Below, in pieces: positions 1-9,101 of a stretch of 64,000 nucleotides of DNA. The stretch's first letter is position 1. Each line of letters opens with the position of its first letter. The notes under the pieces were generated by a model. It worked only from the letters and a program-made list of their open reading frames with translations, was not told the origin of the DNA and searched no databases. Origin of the DNA: Anaerolineae bacterium (lineage in GTDB: Bacteria; Chloroflexota; Anaerolineae; B4-G1; SLSP01); the NCBI GenBank assembly GCA_035420085.1, contig DAOLUH010000003.1:80106-144105 (forward strand), in the 5' to 3' direction. The position numbers and the translations under genes are program-made.

Positions 1-1019
1 AGTGTGTAGCCGGTGTCCGGTCCGTAGACGCGCCAGTCGTAGCTGCGCACCAGCGTGCTGTATACGCCATTGGCCGGAGCCGTCCACACGATGCGCGAAG
101 TCACATCCCGTGGGTAGTTCACGTCGTCGTTCTCCGCCAACGGCGTCGCGCAGTCATTGGTGGCATACAAGGCCAGCAGGGTGTCAGCCTGTGGCCCCAA
201 GTCACCCGTTTCGAGCACGTAGGTCTGCCCGGCGACGGCCTGAAACGCAAACCAGTCGTTGTCGTTCTCGCCGTCGAAGTCATCGCGGTAGAGCGTCTCC
301 CACGCACTGTCGAGACCTGGACATATCCCTGGCGCGTCGGCGATCTGCACCACGGGCGGCGCGGGAGGATACCCACGCAACACCAACGGTAGGAAGATGC
401 GCGTCGGGCGATATACCTGCACCGTTGCTGACTTGCTGACCGGGCCATAGCTGTCGCTCTGCGCAACGGCGGTATTCGTAAGGAACAGACCTTCTGTTCC
501 CGTGTCCACCGTGGCGCGGTAGGTCAGCACCGCGATTTCCTCGTAGCTCAACGTTGCCAGGTGTAATGAGAGAGCATTGTCACCCACAGTGACACTCCCC
601 TTGTCTGCCTTGACGCTCTCCGGCAGCAAGGTCAAGCCCCTTGGCAGCGTGTCGCTGACGACGATGTTGGTCTGCGGACGCACCCCATTGTTGGTCACAG
701 CCACGATGAAGGTCAGCGTCTCGCCCACCTCGGTGCGTTCCGGGCTAACGTCGCGGTAGGTCTTTTCGAGCACCAACACCTCAGCGGCGTTGAGGCCGTA
801 CCAGATACCGCCAGTGACGGTATTGCCCGTGTTCCGCGACGTGGCGACGCTGGTCTGGCCCAGCGTGCCGTGCAGCGTGTAGCGCCCATTGGTCAGCGTT
901 CCTCCGGCGGCGGCGCTTAGCGTATCTGCCGTAATGTGATACGGACCGGGCACTTGCGCTGCCACGGGGACAGCGAGCAAGCAACTCAGAAGCAGTAGGA
1001 GTAACAGTATACGTCGCAT
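1..1019 (-). CDS. secreted repeat protein with DUF11/CARDB-like and pre-peptidase-C-terminal-like segments (3' end runs off the window)
   Basis: Absent from the ORF track because it has no stop in the window. Hand translation from ATG at 1017-1019 (AGGAGG a few nt upstream): MRRILLLLLLLSCLLAVPVAAQVPGPYHIT... (signal peptide). It continues with '...EKTYRDVSPERTEVGETLTFIVAVTNNGVRPQTNIVVSDTLPRGLTLLPESV...' and '...DWFAFQAVAGQTYVLETGDLGPQADTLLALYATNDC...'. The frame stays open to position 1. Confidence 0.6.
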   Translation of the reverse strand, partial: MRRILLLLLLLSCLLAVPVAAQVPGPYHITADTLSAAAGGTLTNGRYTLHGTLGQTSVATSRNTGNTVTGGIWYGLNAAEVLVLEKTYRDVSPERTEVGETLTFIVAVTNNGVRPQTNIVVSDTLPRGLTLLPESVKADKGSVTVGDNALSLHLATLSYEEIAVLTYRATVDTGTEGLFLTNTAVAQSDSYGPVSKSATVQVYRPTRIFLPLVLRGYPPAPPVVQIADAPGICPGLDSAWETLYRDDFDGENDNDWFAFQAVAGQTYVLETGDLGPQADTLLALYATNDCATPLAENDDVNYPRDVTSRIVWTAPANGVYSTLVRSYDWRVYGPDTGYT

Positions 1020-1031
1020 CATCGGCCTCCT

Positions 1032-4000
1032 CTACGGACATGTCGTCGCCCCGAAGGTCGCGCCACGAGTCACGGCGACACAGGTGATGGCGTTGAAGAC
1101 ACCCCCTGTGCCCACGAAGTCGCTGTGCTTGACGAGGATGCGTCCCGGCTGTCCGGCCTGAGTGTTGAGCACCACATAGGTTGGCGCTTCCAAGATACTG
1201 TGGTAGACCTCGACCCACCCGTCGCTGTCGAGGGCTTCACCGTCGGAACTGACGTGGGCGGCATTGACGCTTAGGCGGCTGTTGAGGTCTTCCACCTTGA
1301 TGCCATACGCACTCACGCCACTGGCTGTGTACTTTCCGCCGTAGAGTGTGGCTTCGGCTGGGAAAGGCGGAGTCACAGCTTGCGCCTTGAGCATCAGCGC
1401 CGCGTTGATGGCCGTGCCGCCGCTGACCGTCGCGGTGACGTTTTCCAGCGTGGCGCGTCCGGCGACCCACAGCGCAAAGCTGCTGTGCGCCGTTCCACTG
1501 CTACTCACATTGACGTTGGCGATGAGCACATTGCTCTTTCCCATTGGGGTGAGGATGCCCACGCGAGTCTGCCCGCTGCTGCCGCTGTTGGTCACGGTCA
1601 GGTCGCGTGCGCTGGTGTTGGAGTCCAGGATCAGCGTGGCCTTGTCCACGGGGCTGCCGTTGTCGTCGGTGATTGAGCCTTGCAGCACGGTCACGTCACG
1701 GCCCGCGCCTTGTAGATGCACATACGGCTTGAGCGTCACCGTCTCAGCGTAGACGCCGGGGGCAATCCAGATGAGATACGGGTTTGTGGCGCTGGCATCG
1801 GTGATGCTGCTGACGGCGGCTTGGATGGTGGTGAAGTCCCCGCCGCTCGCCGCGACGACCAGGGTACGGGCATACCCCGGTGCAACGGGGCTGCCGCAAC
1901 CCCACACACCGCTATTCCATTGCGGCATCTGGCCGTTGGCGCAGGTTTGCGGGAGCTGGTAGGGTGTGGACAGACTGAACTGCGTACCGATCAAGGCCAA
2001 ACCGGTCCCGCCGGTGTAGGTGGTATTGTCATCGGCCTCGCAGGTTACCGTGCCGTCAGCATTGATCGCGCGGATGCTACTGCCCACGGCGCACGTGCTG
2101 CTGACACGACGTTGCAGGTAAGTGGTGTCCGCTGTCAAGGTCACGCTGCCGGTTGTCCCACCACCGGTCAAGCCGGTTCCAGCGGTTACACTGGTGATGT
2201 CGCCGCCGGCATCATCATCGGTTTCACAGATCACCGTCCCATCCGCATTGATCGCACGGATGCTGCTCCCTGCCACACACGTGGCACTGACGCGCCGTTG
2301 CAGGTACGTGGTGTCGGCAGCCAGACTCACACTGCCCGCAGTGCCGCCGCCGGTCAGTCCAGTGCCCGCCGTCACAGCCGTAATGTCGCCGCCGCTGTTT
2401 TGATCGTCGGTACAGACCCACGCTGTACCGTTCCATTCGGCCAGTTGGTTAGGCGCACACGTCTGAGGAAGCTGGTAGGGCGCAGCAATGCTGAACTGTG
2501 TGCCACTCAGGGACAGGCCGGTGCTGGCGGTATAGGTAGTGTCATCATCGGCCTCGCAAGTCACTGTCCCATCGGCATTGATCGCCCGAATGCTGCTGCC
2601 CACGGCGCACGTACTGCTGACGCGGCGCTGTAAGTACGTGGTGTCCGCAGCAAGCGTCACACTGCCTGTCGTACCACCCCCGGTCAGTCCGGTGCTGGCC
2701 GTCACGCTGGTAATGTCGCCGCCCGCGTCGTCATCGGTTTCGCAGAGCACCGTGCCATCAGCGTTGATCGCGCGAATGCTGCTACCGGCCACACAACTCG
2801 CACTAACGCGGCGTTGCAGGTAGGTGGTGTCGGCGGCGAGGGTCACACTGCCCGTCGTACCGCCACCGGTTAGCCCTGTACTGGCCGTGACCGCAGTGAT
2901 GTCACCGCCGCTGTTGTCATCCGTCGCGCAGACCCAGACCGTTCCATTCCACTCGGCAGTCTGTCCATTGGTACAGGTCTGCGGAAGCTGATACGGTGCG
3001 GCCAGGCTGAACTGTGTTCCGGTCAGCGTTAGTCCCGCGCTGGCGCTGTAGGTCGTGTCGGTATCCGGTTCGCAGATCACTGTACCATCGGCGTTGACGG
3101 TGCGGATACTGCTGCCCACCGCACAGGTGTTGTTAACACGGCGCTGTAGATATGTCGTATCGGCGCTGAGCGTCACACTGCCTGTCGCCCCGCCGCCACT
3201 CAGTCCACTCCCTGCTGTGACCGCCGTGATGTCGCCGCCGCTGTCGTTGTCGGAGGCACATGTCCACGCTGTCCCGTTCCATTCGGCAACTTGTCCATTG
3301 GTGCAGGCTTGGGGCAGACGGTAGGGGACGGTCAGGTTGACCTGGTTGCCGGACAGGGTGATCCCGGTGCCTGCGGTATAGGTCGTGTCGTTGTCCACGC
3401 CATCGGCGAAGCCTGCCGGAATGCCATTCAGGCCGGACCAGGGTGCGCCAGTGACGCTAAACGTAGCATCATCCAGGCTTAACCCAAATCCAGCCTCGTA
3501 GGTGGTGTCGTTGTCTATGCCATCGGCAAACCCATCCGGCACATTGGTAAAGTTGTGCCAATCCAGGTAGTAGGCGCTGTCTTGTCCGGCGAGTGTCTCG
3601 GCGTCACCTGCGGTGTAGGCATACGTCGCGGTGTGCGTGGTCGTGCTGGTGATGATCTCTATGACTTGTTCGTTGGTGACATAGCCCGCCTGGTTGACGA
3701 TGGAAATGACCTCGCTGGATGTCACATATCCGGCAGCATTAACCGCCGCCAGCGCATCTTCATCTGTGTAGACCGTATCGTTGTCCACACCATCGGAAAA
3801 GCCTTCCGGCACATCGCTCAGCCCCGACCATGGTGCGCCGGTGACACTGAATGTCGTGTCGTCCAAGGTTAAACCAGAACCAGCAATGTAGGAGGTGTCG
3901 TTATCTACACCATCAGCAAACCCATCCGGCACATTGGTGAAGTTGTGCCAGTCGAGGTAGTATGCGCCGTCTTGCTCATTGAGAGTATGCGCATCATCGG

Positions 4001-5432
4001 CAGTAAAAGCATACGTCGCCGTGTGTGTTGTCGTATTGGTGATGATCTCTACGACTTGTTCGTTAGTAACGTAGCCTGCCTGGTTGACAACGGAGATAAC
4101 ACCAGTGGTGGTTACGTAGCCGGCGGTGCTGATCGCTGACAGCGCATCGTCGTCAGTGTAGATCGTGTCATTGTCCACGCCATCGGCAAAGCCTTCCGGC
4201 ACATCACTCAGCCCTGACCACGGTGCGCCGATGACGTTGAACATCGTGTCGTTCAAGGCTAAGCCAGCACCGGCGCTGTAGATTGTGTCGTCGTCTATCC
4301 CATCACTAAATCCGTCCGGCACGTTGGTGAAGTTGTGCCAGTCGAGGTAATACGCACTGTCCTGTCCGTCAAGTGTCGCGGCGTTGCTTGCCGTGTACGC
4401 ATACGTTGCCGTGGGCATAGTCGTGTTGGTGATGATCTCCACGATCTGCACATTGGTCACATAGCCCGCCTGGTTGACGACCGAGATCACCTGACTGGAT
4501 GTAACATATCCGGCAGCGCCGACCGCAGATAGAGCATCGTCATCTGTGTAGATGGTGTCATTGTCGATTCCATCGGCAAAGCCTTCCGGCACATCACTCA
4601 GTCCCGACCAGGGTGCGCCGGTGACACTGAACGTTCCGCCGTCCAGGCTCAAGCCCCACCCGGCAGCGTAGGTCGTGTCATTGTCCAAGCCATCGGCAAA
4701 GCCGTCCGGCACGTTGGTGAAGTTGGGCCAGTCCAGGTAGTAGGCGCTGCCCTGCCCATTGAGTGTTTCCGCATCACTTGCGGTGAGGGCATGGGCCACC
4801 GTGATGGTCAGCATGTGTGTCGTACTCAGCACATCGATAATGCCGGTGGCGGTCAGATACCCGGCAGCTTGCACAGCCGACAGCGCGTCTTCGTCAGTGT
4901 AGATGGTGTCGTTGTCGACGCCGTCAACAAAGCCGTCCGGCACGTGGGTGAGATTACGCCAGTCGTGGTAGGTATCTGGGGCAGCCCCGCCCAGCATTGT
5001 CGCGTCCTCGGCGATCGCTGCGTGCTCAGCCAGGGACGCGCCCAAGGCATACGCCACGGCCCCCAACGGCTGGCGGGGGACGAGTGTCTCGCCGCCCACG
5101 GCGATCTCCAGATAGGTGTCGCCGGTGAAGGTTGCCGGATCAAGAGGTATCTCGGTGCCCAATAACAGGGAGAAGTAACCGTCAGTGACGGTCACGGTAT
5201 GCGCTTCCGGTCCCCAGAGACGTACTCCGTCTGCCTTGCCGTTCCAGAGGCTGAAAGCCATTGGGTACGCGCCGTCGGCCACCGGCAGGCCGGTCGCGTC
5301 CAGCAGGTGGCCCTGGTAGGTCAAGAAATGGGATGGCGCAGCCGGGGCAGCAGGCGCAGCCACGGCACGCACTACATTAGAGACGATCAAGATCGCCAGT
5401 AATACGAGTGTCAAAATGCGTTTAGGTCGCAT
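1032..5432 (-). CDS. 1466-aa secreted, highly repetitive surface protein (putative adhesin) with C-terminal right-handed beta-helix-like domain
   Basis: ORF track. N-terminal signal peptide ([28 protein letters not shown]). Nine copies of a D/EGFxDGxDNDTxY motif. Five copies of '...[57 protein letters not shown]' alternating with 'YQLPQTCxxGQxAEWNGTxWxC'. C-terminus '[46 protein letters not shown]' is typical of pectin-lyase-fold proteins. Lies directly downstream of tadE in the same orientation. Confidence 0.75.
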   Translation of the reverse strand: MRPKRILTLVLLAILIVSNVVRAVAAPAAPAAPSHFLTYQGHLLDATGLPVADGAYPMAFSLWNGKADGVRLWGPEAHTVTVTDGYFSLLLGTEIPLDPATFTGDTYLEIAVGGETLVPRQPLGAVAYALGASLAEHAAIAEDATMLGGAAPDTYHDWRNLTHVPDGFVDGVDNDTIYTDEDALSAVQAAGYLTATGIIDVLSTTHMLTITVAHALTASDAETLNGQGSAYYLDWPNFTNVPDGFADGLDNDTTYAAGWGLSLDGGTFSVTGAPWSGLSDVPEGFADGIDNDTIYTDDDALSAVGAAGYVTSSQVISVVNQAGYVTNVQIVEIITNTTMPTATYAYTASNAATLDGQDSAYYLDWHNFTNVPDGFSDGIDDDTIYSAGAGLALNDTMFNVIGAPWSGLSDVPEGFADGVDNDTIYTDDDALSAISTAGYVTTTGVISVVNQAGYVTNEQVVEIITNTTTHTATYAFTADDAHTLNEQDGAYYLDWHNFTNVPDGFADGVDNDTSYIAGSGLTLDDTTFSVTGAPWSGLSDVPEGFSDGVDNDTVYTDEDALAAVNAAGYVTSSEVISIVNQAGYVTNEQVIEIITSTTTHTATYAYTAGDAETLAGQDSAYYLDWHNFTNVPDGFADGIDNDTTYEAGFGLSLDDATFSVTGAPWSGLNGIPAGFADGVDNDTTYTAGTGITLSGNQVNLTVPYRLPQACTNGQVAEWNGTAWTCASDNDSGGDITAVTAGSGLSGGGATGSVTLSADTTYLQRRVNNTCAVGSSIRTVNADGTVICEPDTDTTYSASAGLTLTGTQFSLAAPYQLPQTCTNGQTAEWNGTVWVCATDDNSGGDITAVTASTGLTGGGTTGSVTLAADTTYLQRRVSASCVAGSSIRAINADGTVLCETDDDAGGDITSVTASTGLTGGGTTGSVTLAADTTYLQRRVSSTCAVGSSIRAINADGTVTCEADDDTTYTASTGLSLSGTQFSIAAPYQLPQTCAPNQLAEWNGTAWVCTDDQNSGGDITAVTAGTGLTGGGTAGSVSLAADTTYLQRRVSATCVAGSSIRAINADGTVICETDDDAGGDITSVTAGTGLTGGGTTGSVTLTADTTYLQRRVSSTCAVGSSIRAINADGTVTCEADDNTTYTGGTGLALIGTQFSLSTPYQLPQTCANGQMPQWNSGVWGCGSPVAPGYARTLVVAASGGDFTTIQAAVSSITDASATNPYLIWIAPGVYAETVTLKPYVHLQGAGRDVTVLQGSITDDNGSPVDKATLILDSNTSARDLTVTNSGSSGQTRVGILTPMGKSNVLIANVNVSSSGTAHSSFALWVAGRATLENVTATVSGGTAINAALMLKAQAVTPPFPAEATLYGGKYTASGVSAYGIKVEDLNSRLSVNAAHVSSDGEALDSDGWVEVYHSILEAPTYVVLNTQAGQPGRILVKHSDFVGTGGVFNAITCVAVTRGATFGATTCP

Positions 5433-5468
5433 TGTGTATGCTCCTTTCCTTATATAGGTGTATAGGCG

Positions 5469-5885
5469 TTATTCAAACGCGCCCGGCGTGGGTGGGCCGG
5501 GGTAGAACTGTTCCCAGCGGGTGAATGCTCCGGCAGTGACCTCCGGTGCAGCCAGGTCCCACAGCAATAAGGCCGGGGCTTCGTAGCGGGCGGTGGCCTG
5601 GACGCCGCGTTGCAGCGTCAACGGTGTAACCGCCGTCTGTCCTCCGAAGTCCACATTGGACCCTTGAATGAAGCGCGCGGCCCAGGCGCGGCCCGCGTCT
5701 ACGTCGTTGGCCTTGCCTGTCAGGGTCGTTGCATCCTGGGCGTAGGCGGCATTGTTCAGGCGTACCCAGTAGGCCCAGCCGATGCCGATGATCGCCCCGG
5801 TGAGGAACAGAAAGACCGGCAAGACCAAGAGCATCTCGATGAGGGCCTGGCCTTGTTCTTTGTTAGGGTGAGTCATCTTCGGCAT
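5469..5885 (-). CDS. TadE/TadG-like pseudopilin
   Basis: 138 aa. N-terminus 'GQALIEMLLVLPVFLFLTGAII' matches the TadE-like N-terminal hydrophobic segment. Positioned right after the flp pilin gene. Confidence 0.65.
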   Translation of the reverse strand: MPKMTHPNKEQGQALIEMLLVLPVFLFLTGAIIGIGWAYWVRLNNAAYAQDATTLTGKANDVDAGRAWAARFIQGSNVDFGGQTAVTPLTLQRGVQATARYEAPALLLWDLAAPEVTAGAFTRWEQFYPGPPTPGAFE

Positions 5886-5944
5886 TGTGAATCTCCTGGA
5901 TCAGGCCGGGGAAGGCGGCAAGGACCACCCTCCCCGGCGCACGC

Positions 5945-6229
5945 TTAGGGCGCGGTGATGGTCAGCGAGTTGACGCTGGTGGTCGCCTGGCCGTACTTGG
6001 TGCGGATGGCGCGGTACAGCGCCAACACTGCTGCCGCCACGACGAAGACCCCGGCGATGCCGATGATGTATTCCAGCAAGCCCTGCCCTTCCTCGCGGGC
6101 CAGCGCCTGCTTCACCTGCCCGCGCTGCAAGGCGTGCAGCCGTCGCGCGATGGGATGCGCCGCGATCCGTTGGCTGACCCACAGATAGGTCAGGGTGACA
6201 ATGTTTTGAGTGCGTTGCACGATGTTCAT
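5945..6229 (-). CDS. flp: Flp-family type IVb pilin with long leader peptide
   Basis: Track ORF 5945..6343, trimmed to ATG at 6229 (GGAGGA RBS at ~6241-6250 on the minus strand). 'MNIVQRTQ...ALAREEGQG/LLEYIIGIAGVFVVAAAVLAL' carries the Flp prepilin motif G/xxxEY followed by a hydrophobic helix. Confidence 0.6.
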   Translation of the reverse strand: MNIVQRTQNIVTLTYLWVSQRIAAHPIARRLHALQRGQVKQALAREEGQGLLEYIIGIAGVFVVAAAVLALYRAIRTKYGQATTSVNSLTITAP

Positions 6230-6435
6230 AGGCTTATCTCTCCTCCTTCTGCTGTAATGAATATGAAAATGGAAATGTCTTTGGGTATGTGGGGGACGCC
6301 GTGAACGGGACGGCGTCCCCGGATAGGTGTACACTGACGCCACTGCGGGTCACTCTCAGAGCGCCCTCCCAGGCGTGCGGGACAGTCAACGGCTTATAGG
6401 CATCACCTCCTTTCGTCGCGCCAGGCACAGACGAC

Positions 6436-7344
6436 TTACAGAAAGCCGCCCGTCCCCAGGCTGGCAAAGGCGCGTAACGCGCCGGGCGCGGCCAAGACCA
6501 GCAGTGTGGCGAGGATGGCGAAGAAGGCCGGGACGATCATCAAGACCGTATTGCGGTAGCCCCGCGCGGTGATGCGCTGGGTCAGTTCCGTCCGGAGTTC
6601 CGCGGCCAACCCCCGTAATGCCTCGCTTACCCCGCCGCCCAGCCGCGCCGCCGTGCGCAGCAGCGTCACAAACGGGATCAGCGGGGGCAGGTTGCCGTTG
6701 CTTTCCAGCAAGGTTTCCACCCCCGCCGCCAGATCGCCGCTGACGTTGTAGTGCGCCGCGACGTAGCGCAGTTCGGCCACGAACACCCCACCGGGGCGCT
6801 CCGCCAACTGCTGCACCGCCTGCGGCAGGGGGTACCCCGCCGCCAGGAAGTTCGCCAGCCGATCCAGCGCCGAGGCCATATCCGCGAGCATCTGGTCATC
6901 GCGCCGCGACGCCTTGCTCTTGAGGTCCATATCCGGCAAGAAGAAGCCTACCACGCCGGTCGCCGCAGCAACCCCCAAGCTGACCGTGGGACTGAAGCCG
7001 CCGAGGGACGCCAGGAGCACGCCTGCGCCCAGGCCCAGCACCGCCAACAGCGTGGCGCTGGCGATCTTGTAGGCGTAGAAGGTGCGCGTATTGGGATACA
7101 GCGCGCCGATCCGCTGCCAGAACCCCGCCTGCTTGAGCCGCGTTTCCACGTCGGTCGCGTCACGCCGACGCAACAACGTCTCGGCCCACGTCCCGAACAA
7201 GCGGTCCACCAGGGGCCGCCGCGCCTGCACTTGTTCCAGGCCCAGACGCACACTGAGGGTGCGCGGCGGACGGCGTTGCCCTGCACTGACCGCCAGGAAC
7301 GTCCCCAGACCACCCAAGAAAGCTAACCATACGCTGTAGTTCAT
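6436..7344 (-). CDS. tadC: TadC-like pilus assembly membrane protein (T2SS-F domain)
   Basis: 302 aa polytopic membrane protein. 4-nt overlap with the upstream tadB-like gene. Tad operon context. Confidence 0.8.
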   Translation of the reverse strand: MNYSVWLAFLGGLGTFLAVSAGQRRPPRTLSVRLGLEQVQARRPLVDRLFGTWAETLLRRRDATDVETRLKQAGFWQRIGALYPNTRTFYAYKIASATLLAVLGLGAGVLLASLGGFSPTVSLGVAAATGVVGFFLPDMDLKSKASRRDDQMLADMASALDRLANFLAAGYPLPQAVQQLAERPGGVFVAELRYVAAHYNVSGDLAAGVETLLESNGNLPPLIPFVTLLRTAARLGGGVSEALRGLAAELRTELTQRITARGYRNTVLMIVPAFFAILATLLVLAAPGALRAFASLGTGGFL

Positions 7345-8225
7345 CGCGTCGCTCCTTGGGCTTCCAGGTCTAGCCCCGCCTTGGCGATCTTCTGCGCGAG
7401 CAAGTAAGCCACGCCGGAGAAGACAATGGCCACCGCCAGGACGATCTGGCCTTCCAACGTGGCGTAGAAGCCACCCTCGTAGTCGCGTAACGCCAACTTG
7501 AGCAGCACCAGAAAGACGAAGGGGGCAATCGCCACAATCGTGCCTTCGAGTTTGGGCTGTGTCTGCCGGGCGCGGATCTCGTTCTGAATCTGGATCACGC
7601 CGCGCAGCAGGCTTTGCAGCCCTTCCAAGACGGTCTTGAGCTTGCCGCCCTGTTGTTCACGCACGGCGAGAGCTTCGGCCAGCATATCGAAGTAGGGGTT
7701 GTGGCGACGTTCGGCCACCTGGTAGATGGCGTCACTCAGGGTGGCACGGGTCTGCAAGGCGGTGACCACCTGCACGAAGTCATTGCGTACCGGTTCGCGC
7801 ATATAGGGCGTGGCTTCCTGCAAGGCGGCGTTCAGGTTGGGGTTGGCGCTGTAGGAACGCAGCAGCGTCTCGATGGCCTGGCTGAGGGCGTTAACGTAGT
7901 CGCGCTTGAAGCGTTCCTGTTTTGCGGCCCACACCTGCCAGTAGATGACCGGGCCGATACAGATGACGACCCCGGCCAGAATGGTTGGCCCCAAGATCAC
8001 CAACACGCCTCCCGCCAGCGCCGCGCCGATCCCCAGGCCGGTGAGTAGGAACTCCCGGGCCGACAGGGGAATATCGGCGGCCTGCAAGCGCGCGTTCAGG
8101 CGCGCCAGCATTCCCCGCTGATCGACGGGCACGAGGCGCACGTAAGCGCGCGTGGTTGCCCCAATCCAGGCCAGGAGCACCCCCGCCCCGGCTAAGGCCG
8201 CGAAAAGCCAAGTTGTTGTGTTCAT
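7341..8225 (-). CDS. tadB: TadB-like pilus assembly membrane protein (T2SS-F domain)
   Basis: Track ORF 7341..8261. The likely start is ATG at 8225 (MNTTTWLFAALAG...), preceded by GAGGAGG. Confidence 0.8.
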   Translation of the reverse strand: MNTTTWLFAALAGAGVLLAWIGATTRAYVRLVPVDQRGMLARLNARLQAADIPLSAREFLLTGLGIGAALAGGVLVILGPTILAGVVICIGPVIYWQVWAAKQERFKRDYVNALSQAIETLLRSYSANPNLNAALQEATPYMREPVRNDFVQVVTALQTRATLSDAIYQVAERRHNPYFDMLAEALAVREQQGGKLKTVLEGLQSLLRGVIQIQNEIRARQTQPKLEGTIVAIAPFVFLVLLKLALRDYEGGFYATLEGQIVLAVAIVFSGVAYLLAQKIAKAGLDLEAQGATR

Positions 8226-8247
8226 TAGATAAGTCCTCCTCGAAAGT

Positions 8248-8412
8248 AGTCCCAAGTCCAAAGTCGCAAGTCCGAAGTCTTTGCCCTTGGGAGTGAATGC
8301 TGGTTACGCGATGCTCGAAGCTGGATGCGCGTTGCTGACCGCTGACGGCTGATGGCTGACCGCTGATGCCCCCGCTCCTACTGAAAACTGAGCACTGACA
8401 ACTGACAACTAC
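8248..8412. repeat. intergenic block of degenerate short tandem words
   Basis: AGTCCCAAGTCCAAAGTCGCAAGTCCGAAGTC (8248-8279); GCTGACCGCTGACGGCTGATGGCTGACCGCTGATG (8334-8368); CTACTGAAAACTGAGCACTGACAACTGACAACTAC (8378-8412). Confidence 0.7.
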
Positions 8413-8968
8413 TCGCCAGATACAGCCCCGTCCCCACCGCCAGCCAGGGGATAGCAGGGAAGGTGCGGCGTTCGCCGGTGTGGTGACGCTGGCTGAGCAG
8501 GGTCACCGCGCCGCCTATGAGCAAGGTCGCGATCAAGGTCACGACGAGCCGTACATCGGGATACAACGCTGTTAGCACAGCGAAAACCTTGCCGTCACTC
8601 GCACCCCAGATGTTCAGGTCAACGAGCACCAACGCTGCGATCCAACTGCCCACCAGGACTTGCGCTTGCGGGCCGGAGAGTCCGGCGCAGAACGCGGCGA
8701 CCCCAGCGGGATACACCGCTGACGGCCTGTCGGACAGCAGGATCATCAGTAGGGCAAACCCCACCGCCACGCCACCGGGCACAATCGCGCCATCCGGTGG
8801 GACTACAGCGGTGCGCAACAGTCCCATCAACGCCAGCGGCAAGGTTGTTGCCCAGGCCGGGATGTTGCGAGTGCGCAGGTCGCCGTAGCTCAGCCCGGCC
8901 AGCCAGAGGCCGACCAGAACAGGCAAGATGAGCTGTGCTGTCGTCCAATCGCCATCAGCGAAGTGCAT
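8378..8968 (-). CDS. A24-family prepilin peptidase (CpaA/TadV-like)
   Basis: Track ORF 8378..9229, trimmed to ATG at 8968. 'MHFADGDWTTAQLILPVLVGLWLAGLSYGDLRTRNIPAW...GASDGKVFAVL' shows two Asp-containing motifs in a polytopic protein. The start overlaps the stop of the upstream small ORF as TAATG. The last residues (LSVLSFQ) are encoded by an intergenic-type repeat. Confidence 0.7.
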   Translation of the reverse strand: MHFADGDWTTAQLILPVLVGLWLAGLSYGDLRTRNIPAWATTLPLALMGLLRTAVVPPDGAIVPGGVAVGFALLMILLSDRPSAVYPAGVAAFCAGLSGPQAQVLVGSWIAALVLVDLNIWGASDGKVFAVLTALYPDVRLVVTLIATLLIGGAVTLLSQRHHTGERRTFPAIPWLAVGTGLYLASSCQLSVLSFQ

Positions 8969-9096
8969 TACAATCCCCCCAGCGACGTACCTGTCGCCGC
9001 ACACGCCACGAGCACCACGAGGCAGAGCAGGACCAGCCCCGCGATCAGCACTATGCCGGCATCGGCTTCCGCTTGTGTTCCACGTAAGAAGTGCAT
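8968..9096 (-). CDS. possible 42-aa single-TM protein between cpaF and the prepilin peptidase
   Basis: Inner ATG of track ORF 8968..9222: MHFLRGTQAEADAGIVLIAGLVLLCLVVLVACAATGTSLGGL. AAGGA-like RBS. Stop overlaps the next start (TAATG). No homology recognised. Confidence 0.3.
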   Translation of the reverse strand: MHFLRGTQAEADAGIVLIAGLVLLCLVVLVACAATGTSLGGL

Positions 9097-9101
9097 CGTC
9101 C

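Noticed and set aside
2-466. Track ORFs 2..439 (+) and 119..466 (-)
   Set aside because: Both are alternative frames of the edge-truncated minus-strand secreted-protein gene (1..1019), which has a signal peptide, an RBS and domain-like motifs.
1716-2633. 305-aa plus-strand ORF (and many similar ones: 1348..1752, 2122..2403, 2539..2823, 3055..3324, etc.) opposite the giant surface protein gene
   Set aside because: These are Arg/Gly/Ala-rich shadow ORFs in a high-G+C repetitive gene. They have no RBS and no recognisable motifs. The opposite-strand 1466-aa ORF has a signal peptide, coherent repeats and a C-terminal fold signature.
6234-6467. 77-aa minus-strand ORF in the tadC-flp spacer, and an AGGAGGTGATG motif near 6405-6415
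   Set aside because: The ATG after the SD-like sequence opens a 5-codon frame only. The 77-aa ORF overlaps the tadC 3' end and the hairpin and has no membrane or pilin features.
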